This document shows, one piece after another, positions 1 through 9,319 of a stretch of DNA of 63,455 nucleotides (the first letter of the stretch is position 1; every line of letters begins with the position of its first letter). The translations under genes were made by a program, and so were the position numbers. Source of the stretch: Minisyncoccia bacterium (GTDB lineage Bacteria; Patescibacteriota; Minisyncoccia; Phycocordibacterales; UBA1006); assembly GCA_044229075.1 (NCBI GenBank), contig JBGATS010000005.1, positions 1-63,455 of the forward strand, given 5' to 3'. The notes beneath the pieces are model-generated. The model searched no databases, was not told where the DNA came from, and saw only the letters and a program-made list of their open reading frames with translations.

Positions 1-185
1 TCATTATAAATTATTATCTCGGTATTATTCCGAGGTTTCCAATTTCTAATAGCCAATTTAATTTCATCTGACGAAAAGTTATGCTTTTCATGTTGCATAC
101 TTTGTATAAAGGCGTACAACGGCAGATATGCCAATTCTTTAGGAGTAAGGTTCCTAGAAGAAATGATTTGATTAACTTTTTTCAT
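1..185 (-). CDS. Hypothetical protein, partial (runs off the left edge)
   Basis: ATG at 185-183 overlaps the TGA of the upstream ORF (ATGA coupling). The frame stays open (MKKVNQIISSRNLTPKELAY...) to base 1. Not in the ORF track. Confidence 0.6.
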   Translation of the reverse strand, partial: MKKVNQIISSRNLTPKELAYLPLYAFIQSMQHEKHNFSSDEIKLAIRNWKPRNNTEIIIYN

Positions 186-382
186 CGTTTTACTTTTAAT
201 AACTGTTCTAGAACCTCAACTCTACTTTTTAGCTCGATAGATGTTATGTTTTTTACTATTGCGTGAGTAACTTTAATAATAGCGTGTGCCTGACGTAACG
301 ATATTTTACGTGACAATATATTACTTAATGTTTCAGACAATATGACATGAACTTCTTCGAGTGAAAATGATTTTTTATTCAT
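182..382 (-). CDS. Small hypothetical protein in the methylase operon
   Basis: 66-aa ORF, co-oriented and tightly packed with its neighbours (5-bp gap upstream, 4-bp overlap downstream). Confidence 0.6.
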   Translation of the reverse strand: MNKKSFSLEEVHVILSETLSNILSRKISLRQAHAIIKVTHAIVKNITSIELKSRVEVLEQLLKVKR

Positions 383-387
383 AGTGG

Positions 388-774
388 TTATTGATTATGT
401 TCTATTAATTCAAACCATGCCCGCACTTCTTGTGCTCGACCATGCTTACTTGCATTTTTATAGAGTGCAAACACAACATTTGGCGTCATGGTTCGTGCCC
501 AGCGATATACCTCGTTCAGAACAAGTCCTTCACAAGATATTTTCTTGTTCCAGTCAGTAAGTGTTCCCAGGTCTTTTATATTGTAAGTTTTTGCAAATTC
601 GGTTTGTGTTCGTATTTGTAATAAACTCATAGTTATATCGTCGGTAATTCCAAGCTTTTCAAGAGTAGTTCTAGGCTGTCCCTTCAAAAAAGAAGGGAGT
701 GACCGCCAGAGAATATACGCATTGAATTCTTGTTTTTTATAAACATCGATATTTGATTGTGTATTCTCTGGCAT
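388..774 (-). CDS. Hypothetical HTH-like protein, possibly phage small-terminase-like
   Basis: 128 aa. QTEFAKTYNIKDLGTLTDWNKK resembles a helix-turn-helix. Lies directly downstream of two phage-type DNA methylases. Function is inferred. Confidence 0.5.
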   Translation of the reverse strand: MPENTQSNIDVYKKQEFNAYILWRSLPSFLKGQPRTTLEKLGITDDITMSLLQIRTQTEFAKTYNIKDLGTLTDWNKKISCEGLVLNEVYRWARTMTPNVVFALYKNASKHGRAQEVRAWFELIEHNQ

Positions 775-779
775 ATATA

Positions 780-1532
780 TTAATTAATTCTCACCGCTTT
801 CTTTTTTGTTAATTTTTCGACCCGCTTTATAATAATCTCAACGTATTCAGGATCCATTTCTATCCCAACACATTTTCTACCTAGTTGTTCCGCAGATAGT
901 AGTGTTGTCCCACTACCAAGAAATGGATCGTAGACATAGTCGCCATACTTCGTAACATTAGGAATTATTTTCCTGATAAGACCAAGTGGCTTCTGTGTTG
1001 GGTGGAGTTTTGATCGAGATGGTTTTGGATGAAAAATTACATTTTTCGTTTTACTACGTTCAAACTTGTGTTTTCCATGCCATCCATACGCAATAACTTC
1101 AAACTGTGAAATATAGTCTTTCATGCTCATAACAGGTTGATTCTTTAGCCAAATAAGCATTTGACTAAAAGTAATTCCCGCGGACATCATGCCTTGTTTT
1201 AACGCAAAGAACATGAGATCTGAATTAAATACATGAAAGGTATTATAGTTGTCTAAGTGAGGTATAACTGCTGAGCACCATTTCTTGGTAAAATCTGCAT
1301 ATTGCACATCTGTTTGAATTTCATCACCAATAATCTCTTTTGCTTTTGCAGCTATATGTATACCCATGTCGAACTTGTTTTTTACATAGTCGACCCCATA
1401 AGGTGGGTCAGTAATTACCGCACGCATCTTTCGACCATTAATTGCTTTTGCAACAAATAGTGGATCAAGTGAGTCTCCACATGCAATAATGTGCCCATTA
1501 ATTTCAAAAATATCATTAAGTTGTACTTTCAT
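780..1532 (-). CDS. DNA adenine/cytosine-N4 methyltransferase (N6_N4_Mtase family)
   Basis: Catalytic DPPY, HPTQKP and the SAM-binding motif DPFLGSGTT are present. Start is probably the ATG at 1532 (MKVQLNDIF), not 1577. Confidence 0.9.
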   Translation of the reverse strand: MKVQLNDIFEINGHIIACGDSLDPLFVAKAINGRKMRAVITDPPYGVDYVKNKFDMGIHIAAKAKEIIGDEIQTDVQYADFTKKWCSAVIPHLDNYNTFHVFNSDLMFFALKQGMMSAGITFSQMLIWLKNQPVMSMKDYISQFEVIAYGWHGKHKFERSKTKNVIFHPKPSRSKLHPTQKPLGLIRKIIPNVTKYGDYVYDPFLGSGTTLLSAEQLGRKCVGIEMDPEYVEIIIKRVEKLTKKKAVRIN

Positions 1533-2808
1533 AAATAAGTTCTGCTTTTTTGCTAGTAAATTGCTCCCAGCGATCAAGAATAATCGTTGCGAAAATAGGA
1601 TCTATTTCTACACCTCGCCATTTTCTGTGTAGTTGTTCGCATGCGATCAGGTCACTACCGCTACCCCCGAAACAGGAAAGTATAATATGTCCCGGAGCGG
1701 AGCATCTCCGAAGCGGACGCTCGCTCAGTGAAACAGGTTTTTGGGTCGGATGGACGTATTCTTGTACGTTATCTCGTTTTATGAGCCACAGATCAATCAT
1801 GTCGAGAATATCTTCATGTGCTTGATTGCCAGTACCGATTTCTGTATTTAATACTTCACCAAGATTGTTGATAGTATTATTTAGATATGGTTTTCCCATG
1901 GTTCCATAAAGACACACTTCGTGCATACGATTAAATGCAATCTTGTTGGTCACATTACTGTTATTTTTGACCCATAAGAGTAGTCTTTGAAATTTTATCT
2001 TCGCATTACTAAATAATCCCTGTATCATACCTATATACCGAGCGTCAGCCCAGTAAAAGAAGTGTGTACTTGGTCCGCTGTATGTTTTTGCAACCTCAAT
2101 ACTTTTTCTAAGAAATTCCTTAAAGTTTGCATCAGTTTTTAGATCATCCTTTTTAGAATAACTTCCTCCGTAGTTTTGACTACCTGTTACGCCAGAATTG
2201 TACGAGATACCTATATTGTAGGGACTATCACTAATAACCATGACTGCATGCTCGTCTCCCATTAGGGTTTTCACCATCTCTATATTTGTAGAGTCTCCTA
2301 CAAGAAGTTTATGTTCTCCAAGTTTCCAGACTTGTCCGAGTTTTACTCTTGGTTTAATTGTTTCTTGGATAGCTTTATTAAGATTAAAGTCATCCTCAAC
2401 AAGCTCTACATCATCAAACAAGAATTGAAGTTCCGCATCCTCAAATCCAACATCCAGGAGCATTGGTAGACTCATTTCTTTTAAAAGTTCGGAGTCCCAA
2501 GATCCAATATTTTTGTTTAATCTTAGGTTAAGTTCTTTTTCTTCATCAAGAGATAGTTCTCGAGAAGGTACCATACAACTTATCTTTTCCACTCCTAAGT
2601 CAGCATATATTTTAATTCGTTGCTCACCACCGATAATAGTGTTTTTTCTTGTCCCTGTATTTAAGACTACGGGGACTACGGTTCCAAATTGAGTAATAGA
2701 TCTTTCAAGATCCTCTCGCTCATTTTGTTCTAGTTTCCTCGGATTATATCCGTTTTTAATAAGTTCAGAGACTTTGCGTTCTGATACTGTCCATGTGATT
2801 TTTTGCAT
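1516..2808 (-). CDS. ParB-like N-terminal domain fused to a DNA methyltransferase
   Basis: N-terminus NGYNPRK...GTVVPVVLN...IIGGEQR is ParB/Srx-like. C-terminus has SDSPYN (DPPY variant), HPTQKPV and CFGGSGS (motif I). Confidence 0.85.
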   Translation of the reverse strand: MQKITWTVSERKVSELIKNGYNPRKLEQNEREDLERSITQFGTVVPVVLNTGTRKNTIIGGEQRIKIYADLGVEKISCMVPSRELSLDEEKELNLRLNKNIGSWDSELLKEMSLPMLLDVGFEDAELQFLFDDVELVEDDFNLNKAIQETIKPRVKLGQVWKLGEHKLLVGDSTNIEMVKTLMGDEHAVMVISDSPYNIGISYNSGVTGSQNYGGSYSKKDDLKTDANFKEFLRKSIEVAKTYSGPSTHFFYWADARYIGMIQGLFSNAKIKFQRLLLWVKNNSNVTNKIAFNRMHEVCLYGTMGKPYLNNTINNLGEVLNTEIGTGNQAHEDILDMIDLWLIKRDNVQEYVHPTQKPVSLSERPLRRCSAPGHIILSCFGGSGSDLIACEQLHRKWRGVEIDPIFATIILDRWEQFTSKKAELIYESTT

Positions 2809-2922
2809 ATGTTTAAAAATAATTAAAAAGTTAATAGGCTAAACATATCTAGCTAGTTATATGTCTATACTGTCTATTATCTATTTTTAGGAAATTAAAT
2901 ATAGACGCATAAAATAGTAGAA

Positions 2923-2963
2923 AATAACAAAACACCCTTATAAGATAAGGGTGTTTTGTTATT
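2923..2963. terminator. Perfect 19-bp inverted repeat, probable intrinsic terminator
   Basis: AATAACAAAACACCCTTAT-aag-ATAAGGGTGTTTTGTTATT, lying between the end of 2998-4197 and the start of the methylase operon. Confidence 0.65.
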
Positions 2964-2997
2964 CGTATAACTGCCATTTTATACGTTTTTTATATCT

Positions 2998-4197
2998 TTA
3001 AAAAATGTTGTTAAATATAATATATGCGTCAGTTGCTTCCAGGATTGGTTTTTTGTTTTTAGGGTGTATATTTTCAATGTTGTTTCTTTTTAAAAAACCT
3101 TGGAATGAAGTTGAATTTCTTCCGACATTCAGTCTGTAGTCTTTTCCAAATCTATTAGATTTTGGAAACTTTTTTTCAAAGTCACTTATTTTTATCCTTG
3201 TATCACCTTCAGGAAAATGTTCCACAATTCTTCTAAGTATTTTTATGTATTTAGGTTCTTTTATTTGATATGATAACTCTCCTTTATTATAATGATGAAT
3301 GCGGTTATTTTTTACAAAAAATACTTTTTTACTCACGTGTTCAATAGTTTCGCCTTGATTATTATCTTGAATATAGAAATGAATTCTTTGTAAATGGTTA
3401 GTAATATCTGTTTTTGGTATAACACTTAATTCTGCAGTTTTTTCAGTTAATATACCTACATAGTCATTGTATTCTTGTTTCGTGTGTATTTTTTCGAATA
3501 TCTTTGTATTTAAATACTCCATTGATCTTTTTTCTGAATACTCGTCTGTATTAATTTTTGGTGCAGATGGTTTTAGGTCAAATTCCTCAAAAAGGGTATT
3601 CTTTTCTTTCAAGAAATCCAATGACTGAGTAATTGATTTTGTATATCTTTTTGTATAGAAATCTTCTTTATTAACAAAATCTTCTATATCTTTAGATATA
3701 GACATTTCAACACCACTTCTTTTTCCTTGTTTAAATAAAGTCTGAACATTTTTTTCAAATCCCAGGTCTATAACTTTTTGTACAATGTCACCTAAATCCA
3801 TACTTATATCACCATAATCAATCTTAAGAGGTGATAGATTTATATCAGATGAATTACCATTTAACTTAGTCTTAATATCAAAAAAGTCCCAATTTATTTC
3901 TTTTTCATTAAAAATGCCTAATGCTTTTGTTTTTTTCTCTAAAGTTGTAGTTAGTTTCTGTATTTTATCTATAATACTTTTTTCTAGTGTATTAAGATCA
4001 TTCTTTTCAGAAAGAAAATTATTAGTCTCTACTGTTATTCCTGAAACTAATGTAGCTCCGTCTATTTTTAAGAAATTCATATAATCACAAAAACTGACTA
4101 AGAATTCACGATCTGTTTGTGATAATATAACACGCTCGTACAGTGCATGTTCTTTTTGTAAAAGAAGACTACTTTCCATATGTATCAATCCTAGCAC
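2998..4197 (-). CDS. Hypothetical protein (AT-rich, 399 aa)
   Basis: Long uninterrupted ORF with no recognised motif. The C-terminal ~90 aa might be a winged-helix domain (speculative). Confidence 0.7.
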   Translation of the reverse strand: MLGLIHMESSLLLQKEHALYERVILSQTDREFLVSFCDYMNFLKIDGATLVSGITVETNNFLSEKNDLNTLEKSIIDKIQKLTTTLEKKTKALGIFNEKEINWDFFDIKTKLNGNSSDINLSPLKIDYGDISMDLGDIVQKVIDLGFEKNVQTLFKQGKRSGVEMSISKDIEDFVNKEDFYTKRYTKSITQSLDFLKEKNTLFEEFDLKPSAPKINTDEYSEKRSMEYLNTKIFEKIHTKQEYNDYVGILTEKTAELSVIPKTDITNHLQRIHFYIQDNNQGETIEHVSKKVFFVKNNRIHHYNKGELSYQIKEPKYIKILRRIVEHFPEGDTRIKISDFEKKFPKSNRFGKDYRLNVGRNSTSFQGFLKRNNIENIHPKNKKPILEATDAYIIFNNIF

Positions 4198-4391
4198 TTT
4201 TTTATATTTTTGGCATTTTTTGGCATTTGAGGTACCGACTCACTTGCCTTAATCCACCGCTTGTATTTTTGTTAATATACCCTTATAATACTTACAATCA
4301 CGGGTACTTAACTCATGTACACCGCCAAGACAATTTAGTATCGGACACGACTCACGTGTCAAAATGTCTATTTAAGAGTTATGCTTAGAAC

Positions 4392-4850
4392 ATGTTTAAT
4401 CTATTCAAAAAACAACCAATTAAGCTCGTAAAGCACCAGTACAAAAATTTGGTTATTAAACTTCCTGTAAATTGGAAATATGAACTCGAGGAAGGGGACC
4501 TAGAAGCTTGTTTTGATCCAAAGTCTCAAAGCACTCTACGACTTCATGTAATCAAAGCTGTTTCTCAGAAAGATGAGACTTCGGAAGAGAGTATAAATTC
4601 TCTAACTGGTAGCAATCCTTATGTTATTACACTCAAAGGATATCTCTCAACCAAACCTACTTACAGTAATACAACTGAGAGTGGTAAAAATATTACACTC
4701 ATCACTTGGAAATTAATTAACATAATTGGTGATGAAAAAATAATTGCCGTCTTGACATATACAGTTTTGTCAGAGGAGAAGGATTCAAATCAAGAAAAAG
4801 GAATGATTGCCATGATTGAAAGTTCCCTGAACAATTCTGAGCTGGTATAG
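4392..4850 (+). CDS. Hypothetical protein
   Basis: 152-aa ORF followed by a bidirectional hairpin. Confidence 0.7.
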   Translation: MFNLFKKQPIKLVKHQYKNLVIKLPVNWKYELEEGDLEACFDPKSQSTLRLHVIKAVSQKDETSEESINSLTGSNPYVITLKGYLSTKPTYSNTTESGKNITLITWKLINIIGDEKIIAVLTYTVLSEEKDSNQEKGMIAMIESSLNNSELV

Positions 4851-4963
4851 TGCATATTTTAAAATATATACCCGACCCACATGCCTCGGCTTAGTCTCTG
4901 AAGTTATCCCAAACAGTGCTTACGGTGTCTCACCACTCTGGTACTGAACCCGCATGGCCCGCA

Positions 4964-4990
4964 AAAAAAGAGTCTCATTGACTCTTTTTT
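4964..4990. terminator. Bidirectional intrinsic terminator
   Basis: AAAAAAGAGTC-tcatt-GACTCTTTTTT between convergent genes. Confidence 0.7.
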
Positions 4991-5001
4991 ATATTCATAT
5001 A

Positions 5002-5406
5002 TTAATATTTTTTTAGCCATTCATTCATCTGTGAAATTTCTGCTGTTTGCGCTTTGATAATTCCTTCAGCGAATGATTTTAACTCTGGGATAACACTTGG
5101 ATCCTTGAGGAGCATGTTTGCCATATCGACAGCTCCTTGGTGATGAGGAATCATTTCGGTAATGAATGACTTTTCGAGTTCTGAACCAACCTTTCCTTGC
5201 ATATTGGCAGTCATGTCCATCATCACGCCATGCATAGAAGTATTTTGGTTCATATGAGTATCTCTCATCATAGATCCGTCTGACATCTGGTGATATCCAT
5301 TATGCATACGCATTGGACGTTTATCATTTTTACGAATGGTTACACAGATAGTTATGAGTAACAGGATTCCTAAAACAATCGAAAGCAGTTTATAATTGAT
5401 AGTCAT
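5002..5406 (-). CDS. DUF305 (CopM/ferritin-like) protein with N-terminal TM/signal and a Met/His-rich linker
   Basis: FITEMIPHHQGAVDMA and IIKAQTAEISQMNEW are the DUF305 signature. Confidence 0.85.
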   Translation of the reverse strand: MTINYKLLSIVLGILLLITICVTIRKNDKRPMRMHNGYHQMSDGSMMRDTHMNQNTSMHGVMMDMTANMQGKVGSELEKSFITEMIPHHQGAVDMANMLLKDPSVIPELKSFAEGIIKAQTAEISQMNEWLKKY

Positions 5407-5470
5407 AATAATATAGAGTTAAGAATTAGGACAAGAAATCTTGTCATATTTATAATAGCATATATGAGAA

Positions 5471-6136
5471 TTAATGTCCTAAAGTAAACCCGAACACTTT
5501 TTCTGGATATGGGAAAAGATTACGGATTGTTTCAAGAGTTCCCCCGGTAGTAGTAATATCATCAACAATAATAATGACATCATCAGTTTGTATGTTATGA
5601 ATTTTTTCGAGAGAAAATGCTCCGGTAATATTTTCAAATCGTTCAGCTCGATCAGTGATAAGGGCTTGTTTCTTGGTTTTTGTATTTTTACGTAAAAAGC
5701 TTTTTGTAACAACAGGAAGAGAGATCTTTTTTATAAGTATTTTCCGTAAAGCATCAATGATTATCTCTGTTTGATTGTATCCACGATCTAGGAACCGGGA
5801 ATAGTGTAGTGGAACAGGTACTAGAATAATTCTGGATGGCTGATGATAGGTTATAATACCCGAGAACCAACCGAGGATCATTCGAGTATGTTTTTCAAGG
5901 AGCGATTGTGCAAAAACTATATCCGGATAATTTTTTAAGTGATGAATGCATTTTGTTACTGACTCGTCTCGATATCGGTAGAGTGAAAATATCCATGGTT
6001 TCCCAAATTCTCGGGTAACCATAAAATTTTCAATACAATGGTTACAAATGTTTTTTGAAACATCCTCATTCCTACACACAACACATTGCGGAGGGAAGAA
6101 ATAGGAAAATATACTCTGGATTAACTGAGTAATCAT
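5471..6136 (-). CDS. comF: ComF family competence protein (Zn-ribbon + PRTase)
   Basis: CVVC...CNHC, VPVPLH, RGYNQTE and IIIVDDITTTGGTL. Divergent from pilM. Confidence 0.85.
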   Translation of the reverse strand: MITQLIQSIFSYFFPPQCVVCRNEDVSKNICNHCIENFMVTREFGKPWIFSLYRYRDESVTKCIHHLKNYPDIVFAQSLLEKHTRMILGWFSGIITYHQPSRIILVPVPLHYSRFLDRGYNQTEIIIDALRKILIKKISLPVVTKSFLRKNTKTKKQALITDRAERFENITGAFSLEKIHNIQTDDVIIIVDDITTTGGTLETIRNLFPYPEKVFGFTLGH

Positions 6137-6212
6137 GAATACAAGTGTATCATTTTTCTGGGTTCAATAGTAGGTATTGTTAGTTTTTTTGTTTTTATGA
6201 TAGAATAGTAAC

Positions 6213-7325
6213 ATGTTTAATGTTATTAAAAAATTATTTTCAAAACCTGACAGCGGAGTATTGTCAAGTTTTTCCTCGGGTTCATCAGGGAGTACTTGTG
6301 GAATTGATATTGGAGGTGGTTCAGTAAAAGTTGTTCAAGTAAAAGAAGAAAAAGGGAAAATTATTTTGGAAACCTATGGGGCTCTTTCACTTGCTCCATT
6401 TGCTCGTGAACCTATCGGAAAACCAGCACGTCTCTCTGATGTTGACACCGCAAAAGCAATTACCCAGCTCATCCAAGAGGCAAAAGTTACTGCAAAGAAT
6501 TTTGTCGTATCACTTCAATCAAATGCAATTTTGGTTTTTGTTATCACACTTCCACGTGCAAGTGCTCATGATTTGGGGACCATTCTTCCTAATGAGGCTC
6601 GAAAATACATTCCTGTCCCTATTACTGAGGTGGCGCTCGACTGGTTTATTATTCCTGACAAAGAAACATATGATGAAGAAGTATCAACACCGTCAACAAC
6701 AATTGAGGTTCTCGTGGTTGCAGTACGCAATGAAACATTTTCAAATTATCAATCAATTTGTACCCAAGTATCGATTCAAAATCCCATTTTTGAAATTGAA
6801 AGTTTTGCTACTATGCGATCTGTACTCTATCGAGAGATTGCGCCATTGCTCATTGTTGATGTAGGAACAGCGTTTACGAGTATGATGATTGTAGAATACG
6901 GAGTAATTAGAATTTTCCATATCGCTAATCGCGGATCTGCATTTGTTACGGAATCAATTATGAGAAGCCTGTCAGTACCATTCGAGAAAGCAGAAGAAAT
7001 GAAGTATAATGCAATAAAACACCCAGAAATTCAATCAACAATTGACGCAGCACATGAATACCTCATCGCAGAAATGAAGCGGGTCATGCTGGAGTATGAA
7101 CATGCGCATAGTCGTGTTGTTTCAAAAATTATCCTTTCCGGAGGGGGTGCGGTTGTAAATGGATTTATTACGAAGGTTGCAACAGAGACAGGGATTGAAA
7201 CAGTATTTGCAAACCCATTTGCAAAAGTAGAAGCTCCCGATTTTATGCGACCATTATTACAATCATCAGGACCGACATTCTCTGTTGCAACTGGTCTCGC
7301 ATTAAAAAATCTCTTGTCTTTTTAA
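6213..7325 (+). CDS. pilM: Type IV pilus assembly protein PilM
   Basis: GIDIGGGSVKVV, EARKYIP, VDVG and IILSGGGA (actin-like fold), ending in VATGLALK. Confidence 0.9.
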   Translation: MFNVIKKLFSKPDSGVLSSFSSGSSGSTCGIDIGGGSVKVVQVKEEKGKIILETYGALSLAPFAREPIGKPARLSDVDTAKAITQLIQEAKVTAKNFVVSLQSNAILVFVITLPRASAHDLGTILPNEARKYIPVPITEVALDWFIIPDKETYDEEVSTPSTTIEVLVVAVRNETFSNYQSICTQVSIQNPIFEIESFATMRSVLYREIAPLLIVDVGTAFTSMMIVEYGVIRIFHIANRGSAFVTESIMRSLSVPFEKAEEMKYNAIKHPEIQSTIDAAHEYLIAEMKRVMLEYEHAHSRVVSKIILSGGGAVVNGFITKVATETGIETVFANPFAKVEAPDFMRPLLQSSGPTFSVATGLALKNLLSF

Positions 7326-7355
7326 GAGACATGACGTACACTATATTATAAATAT

Positions 7356-8111
7356 ATGGAACAAGAATTTCGAACAACGTTTATCCCGAAAAAACCACTG
7401 GTACAGACACCAGTATCTTCGGGTACACCAGTATCGCGTCCAATCGGGATTGTTTTTGTGATTTCACTGATAATTTTTATTATAAGTATCATAATGGGTA
7501 CTGGAGTATTTCTTTATAAATCATATCTTGAAAAAGAAGTTGCAGATCTTGTTGTTAAACTAGAAAAATTACAAGAAAATATTGACCCGAACGCAATACG
7601 TGAGTTTTCGTTAATGGACAAACGGTTAAAGAATGCTGAGACGTTAATTAATCAACACGCAGTTATCTCTCCATTGTTTTCAGTATTACGTTTGACAACG
7701 CTTCCTACGGTTCGTTATTCAAAATTTGATGGAACATTTGGGGAAAATCGAGATCTACAGGTAACCATGTCGGGGGAATCAGATAGTTATCGATCTATTG
7801 CACTGCAATCTCAAACACTCGCAAAAAATGCAAATCTCAAGAATACTATTTTTTCTAACTTTGTAGTTACTCCGAAAGGTCGTGTTGCGTTTGATGTTTC
7901 TTTTTCTATTCCTGTGAGTGATCTATCTTTTGCAAAACACACTGATCAGGTTACTGACGCAGATAATATAATAATTCCTCCAGTTACTTCAATAATAGAT
8001 GAGCAATTACCACAAACTACTACCGGAGAAATAACTACCGAAGAAGCTGCGACTGTTAATCAATCAAGTGATACTTTTGATGGAGTAAATACTCCTCAAA
8101 AAACTCAATAA
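7356..8111 (+). CDS. PilN-like fimbrial assembly protein
   Basis: One TM segment followed by a coiled coil and a ferredoxin-like PilN region. Follows pilM. Confidence 0.65.
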   Translation: MEQEFRTTFIPKKPLVQTPVSSGTPVSRPIGIVFVISLIIFIISIIMGTGVFLYKSYLEKEVADLVVKLEKLQENIDPNAIREFSLMDKRLKNAETLINQHAVISPLFSVLRLTTLPTVRYSKFDGTFGENRDLQVTMSGESDSYRSIALQSQTLAKNANLKNTIFSNFVVTPKGRVAFDVSFSIPVSDLSFAKHTDQVTDADNIIIPPVTSIIDEQLPQTTTGEITTEEAATVNQSSDTFDGVNTPQKTQ

Positions 8112-8131
8112 TACAACATCTTTGCACACTT

Positions 8132-8683
8132 ATGAAAACCATTCTTTCTATTATCATGATTTTGGCATCAATCGGGGGATTCATTCTCTATATTGTTCCA
8201 ACGTATACGGATGCACAGGCAGTCAACCAGAAAAAGGTTGAGTATTTAGAGTTACTCGCTAATGGGCGACAATTGGAAGAACGACGTGATAAATTATTAC
8301 AAATTTATAGTAGTGTGAGCCCGGCAGATCGCGACCGACTCGAACGGATACTTCCAGCTAATCCAGATAATGTGAAACTCATTCTTGAAATCGAAGGACT
8401 TGCAAAAGCTCAGGGACTCAACCTTCAAAACGTAAAGATCAAGGAATCTTCAGAAGATCAAAAAAATCAAAATAATAGAACTACGCAACGAATAAGTCCT
8501 GACATTGGGTCACTCACATTGGAATTTACCATTGTTGGACCGTATCCTGGGTATGTGTCATTTATTAATTCACTCGAGAAAAATCTCAGAATTATGAATG
8601 TTAAAAAATCATCATTTATTGCTCCTGACGATAAATCAAATTATCAGTTTCAAACTTTGGTCGAAACGTATTGGGTAAAATAA
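8132..8683 (+). CDS. pilO: PilO-like pilus assembly protein
   Basis: N-terminal TM, coiled coil, LP..PD, GPYPGYVSFINSLEKNLRIMNV. Third gene of the pilMNO operon. Confidence 0.75.
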   Translation: MKTILSIIMILASIGGFILYIVPTYTDAQAVNQKKVEYLELLANGRQLEERRDKLLQIYSSVSPADRDRLERILPANPDNVKLILEIEGLAKAQGLNLQNVKIKESSEDQKNQNNRTTQRISPDIGSLTLEFTIVGPYPGYVSFINSLEKNLRIMNVKKSSFIAPDDKSNYQFQTLVETYWVK

Positions 8684-8696
8684 TAATAAAAATTAT

Positions 8697-9182
8697 ATGA
8701 ATAAACAAAAAATAATAATTGGTATTATTGTAATAATCCTTATTGGTTTGGGAGGATATATGTATTTATCAGGAGGAATGAGGGAAACAGAAAAATCAAC
8801 ATCAACACTGGTTTCATCCAATACTGGAGATAACCCTGTTGCGCTAGGCGACTCAAAAGTAAATTCAATTGCTACTACTACTGCAGCTCAAGGTGAGATC
8901 GCTCAATTATTAAAGAGTGTAAATCAAATAAAATTAGACACACGAATTTTGCAAGATCCTGCATTTTTGGCATTAGTTGACACCACATTATCACTTCCTG
9001 ATACAGTGGTTTCTGGGCGCATTAATCCGTTCGCACGATCAGGAACTCTTGATGCAGCAGCTCCTGTGGTGAGCCAGATGAATACAGAAACCTTAGTAGA
9101 AACCACTACGTCATCGTCTTCAGAAGTTTCTGCGACTACAACACAAAACACTGTTCCAGTATCAACAAAACTAAAAAGATAA
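8697..9182 (+). CDS. Membrane-anchored protein in the PilP position, Ser/Thr-rich tail
   Basis: N-terminal TM. The GRINPFA motif resembles the R.PF motif of PilP-like proteins. Assigned mainly by synteny. Confidence 0.55.
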   Translation: MNKQKIIIGIIVIILIGLGGYMYLSGGMRETEKSTSTLVSSNTGDNPVALGDSKVNSIATTTAAQGEIAQLLKSVNQIKLDTRILQDPAFLALVDTTLSLPDTVVSGRINPFARSGTLDAAAPVVSQMNTETLVETTTSSSSEVSATTTQNTVPVSTKLKR

Positions 9183-9210
9183 GAAAATATATTTTGTGTT
9201 GTAGTTATAC

Positions 9211-9240
9211 ATAAAAAAGATACGCGAGTATCTTTTTTAT
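9211..9240. terminator. Bidirectional intrinsic terminator
   Basis: ATAAAAAAGATAC-gcga-GTATCTTTTTTAT between the convergent pil operon and dnaE. Confidence 0.75.
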
Positions 9241-9319
9241 ATATCTTTGTTATCAATGGTACAATATTTTAAATTGTCTTGTATAATAACCATAGGATTT
9301 TTCTTAGGTTTCAATTACA

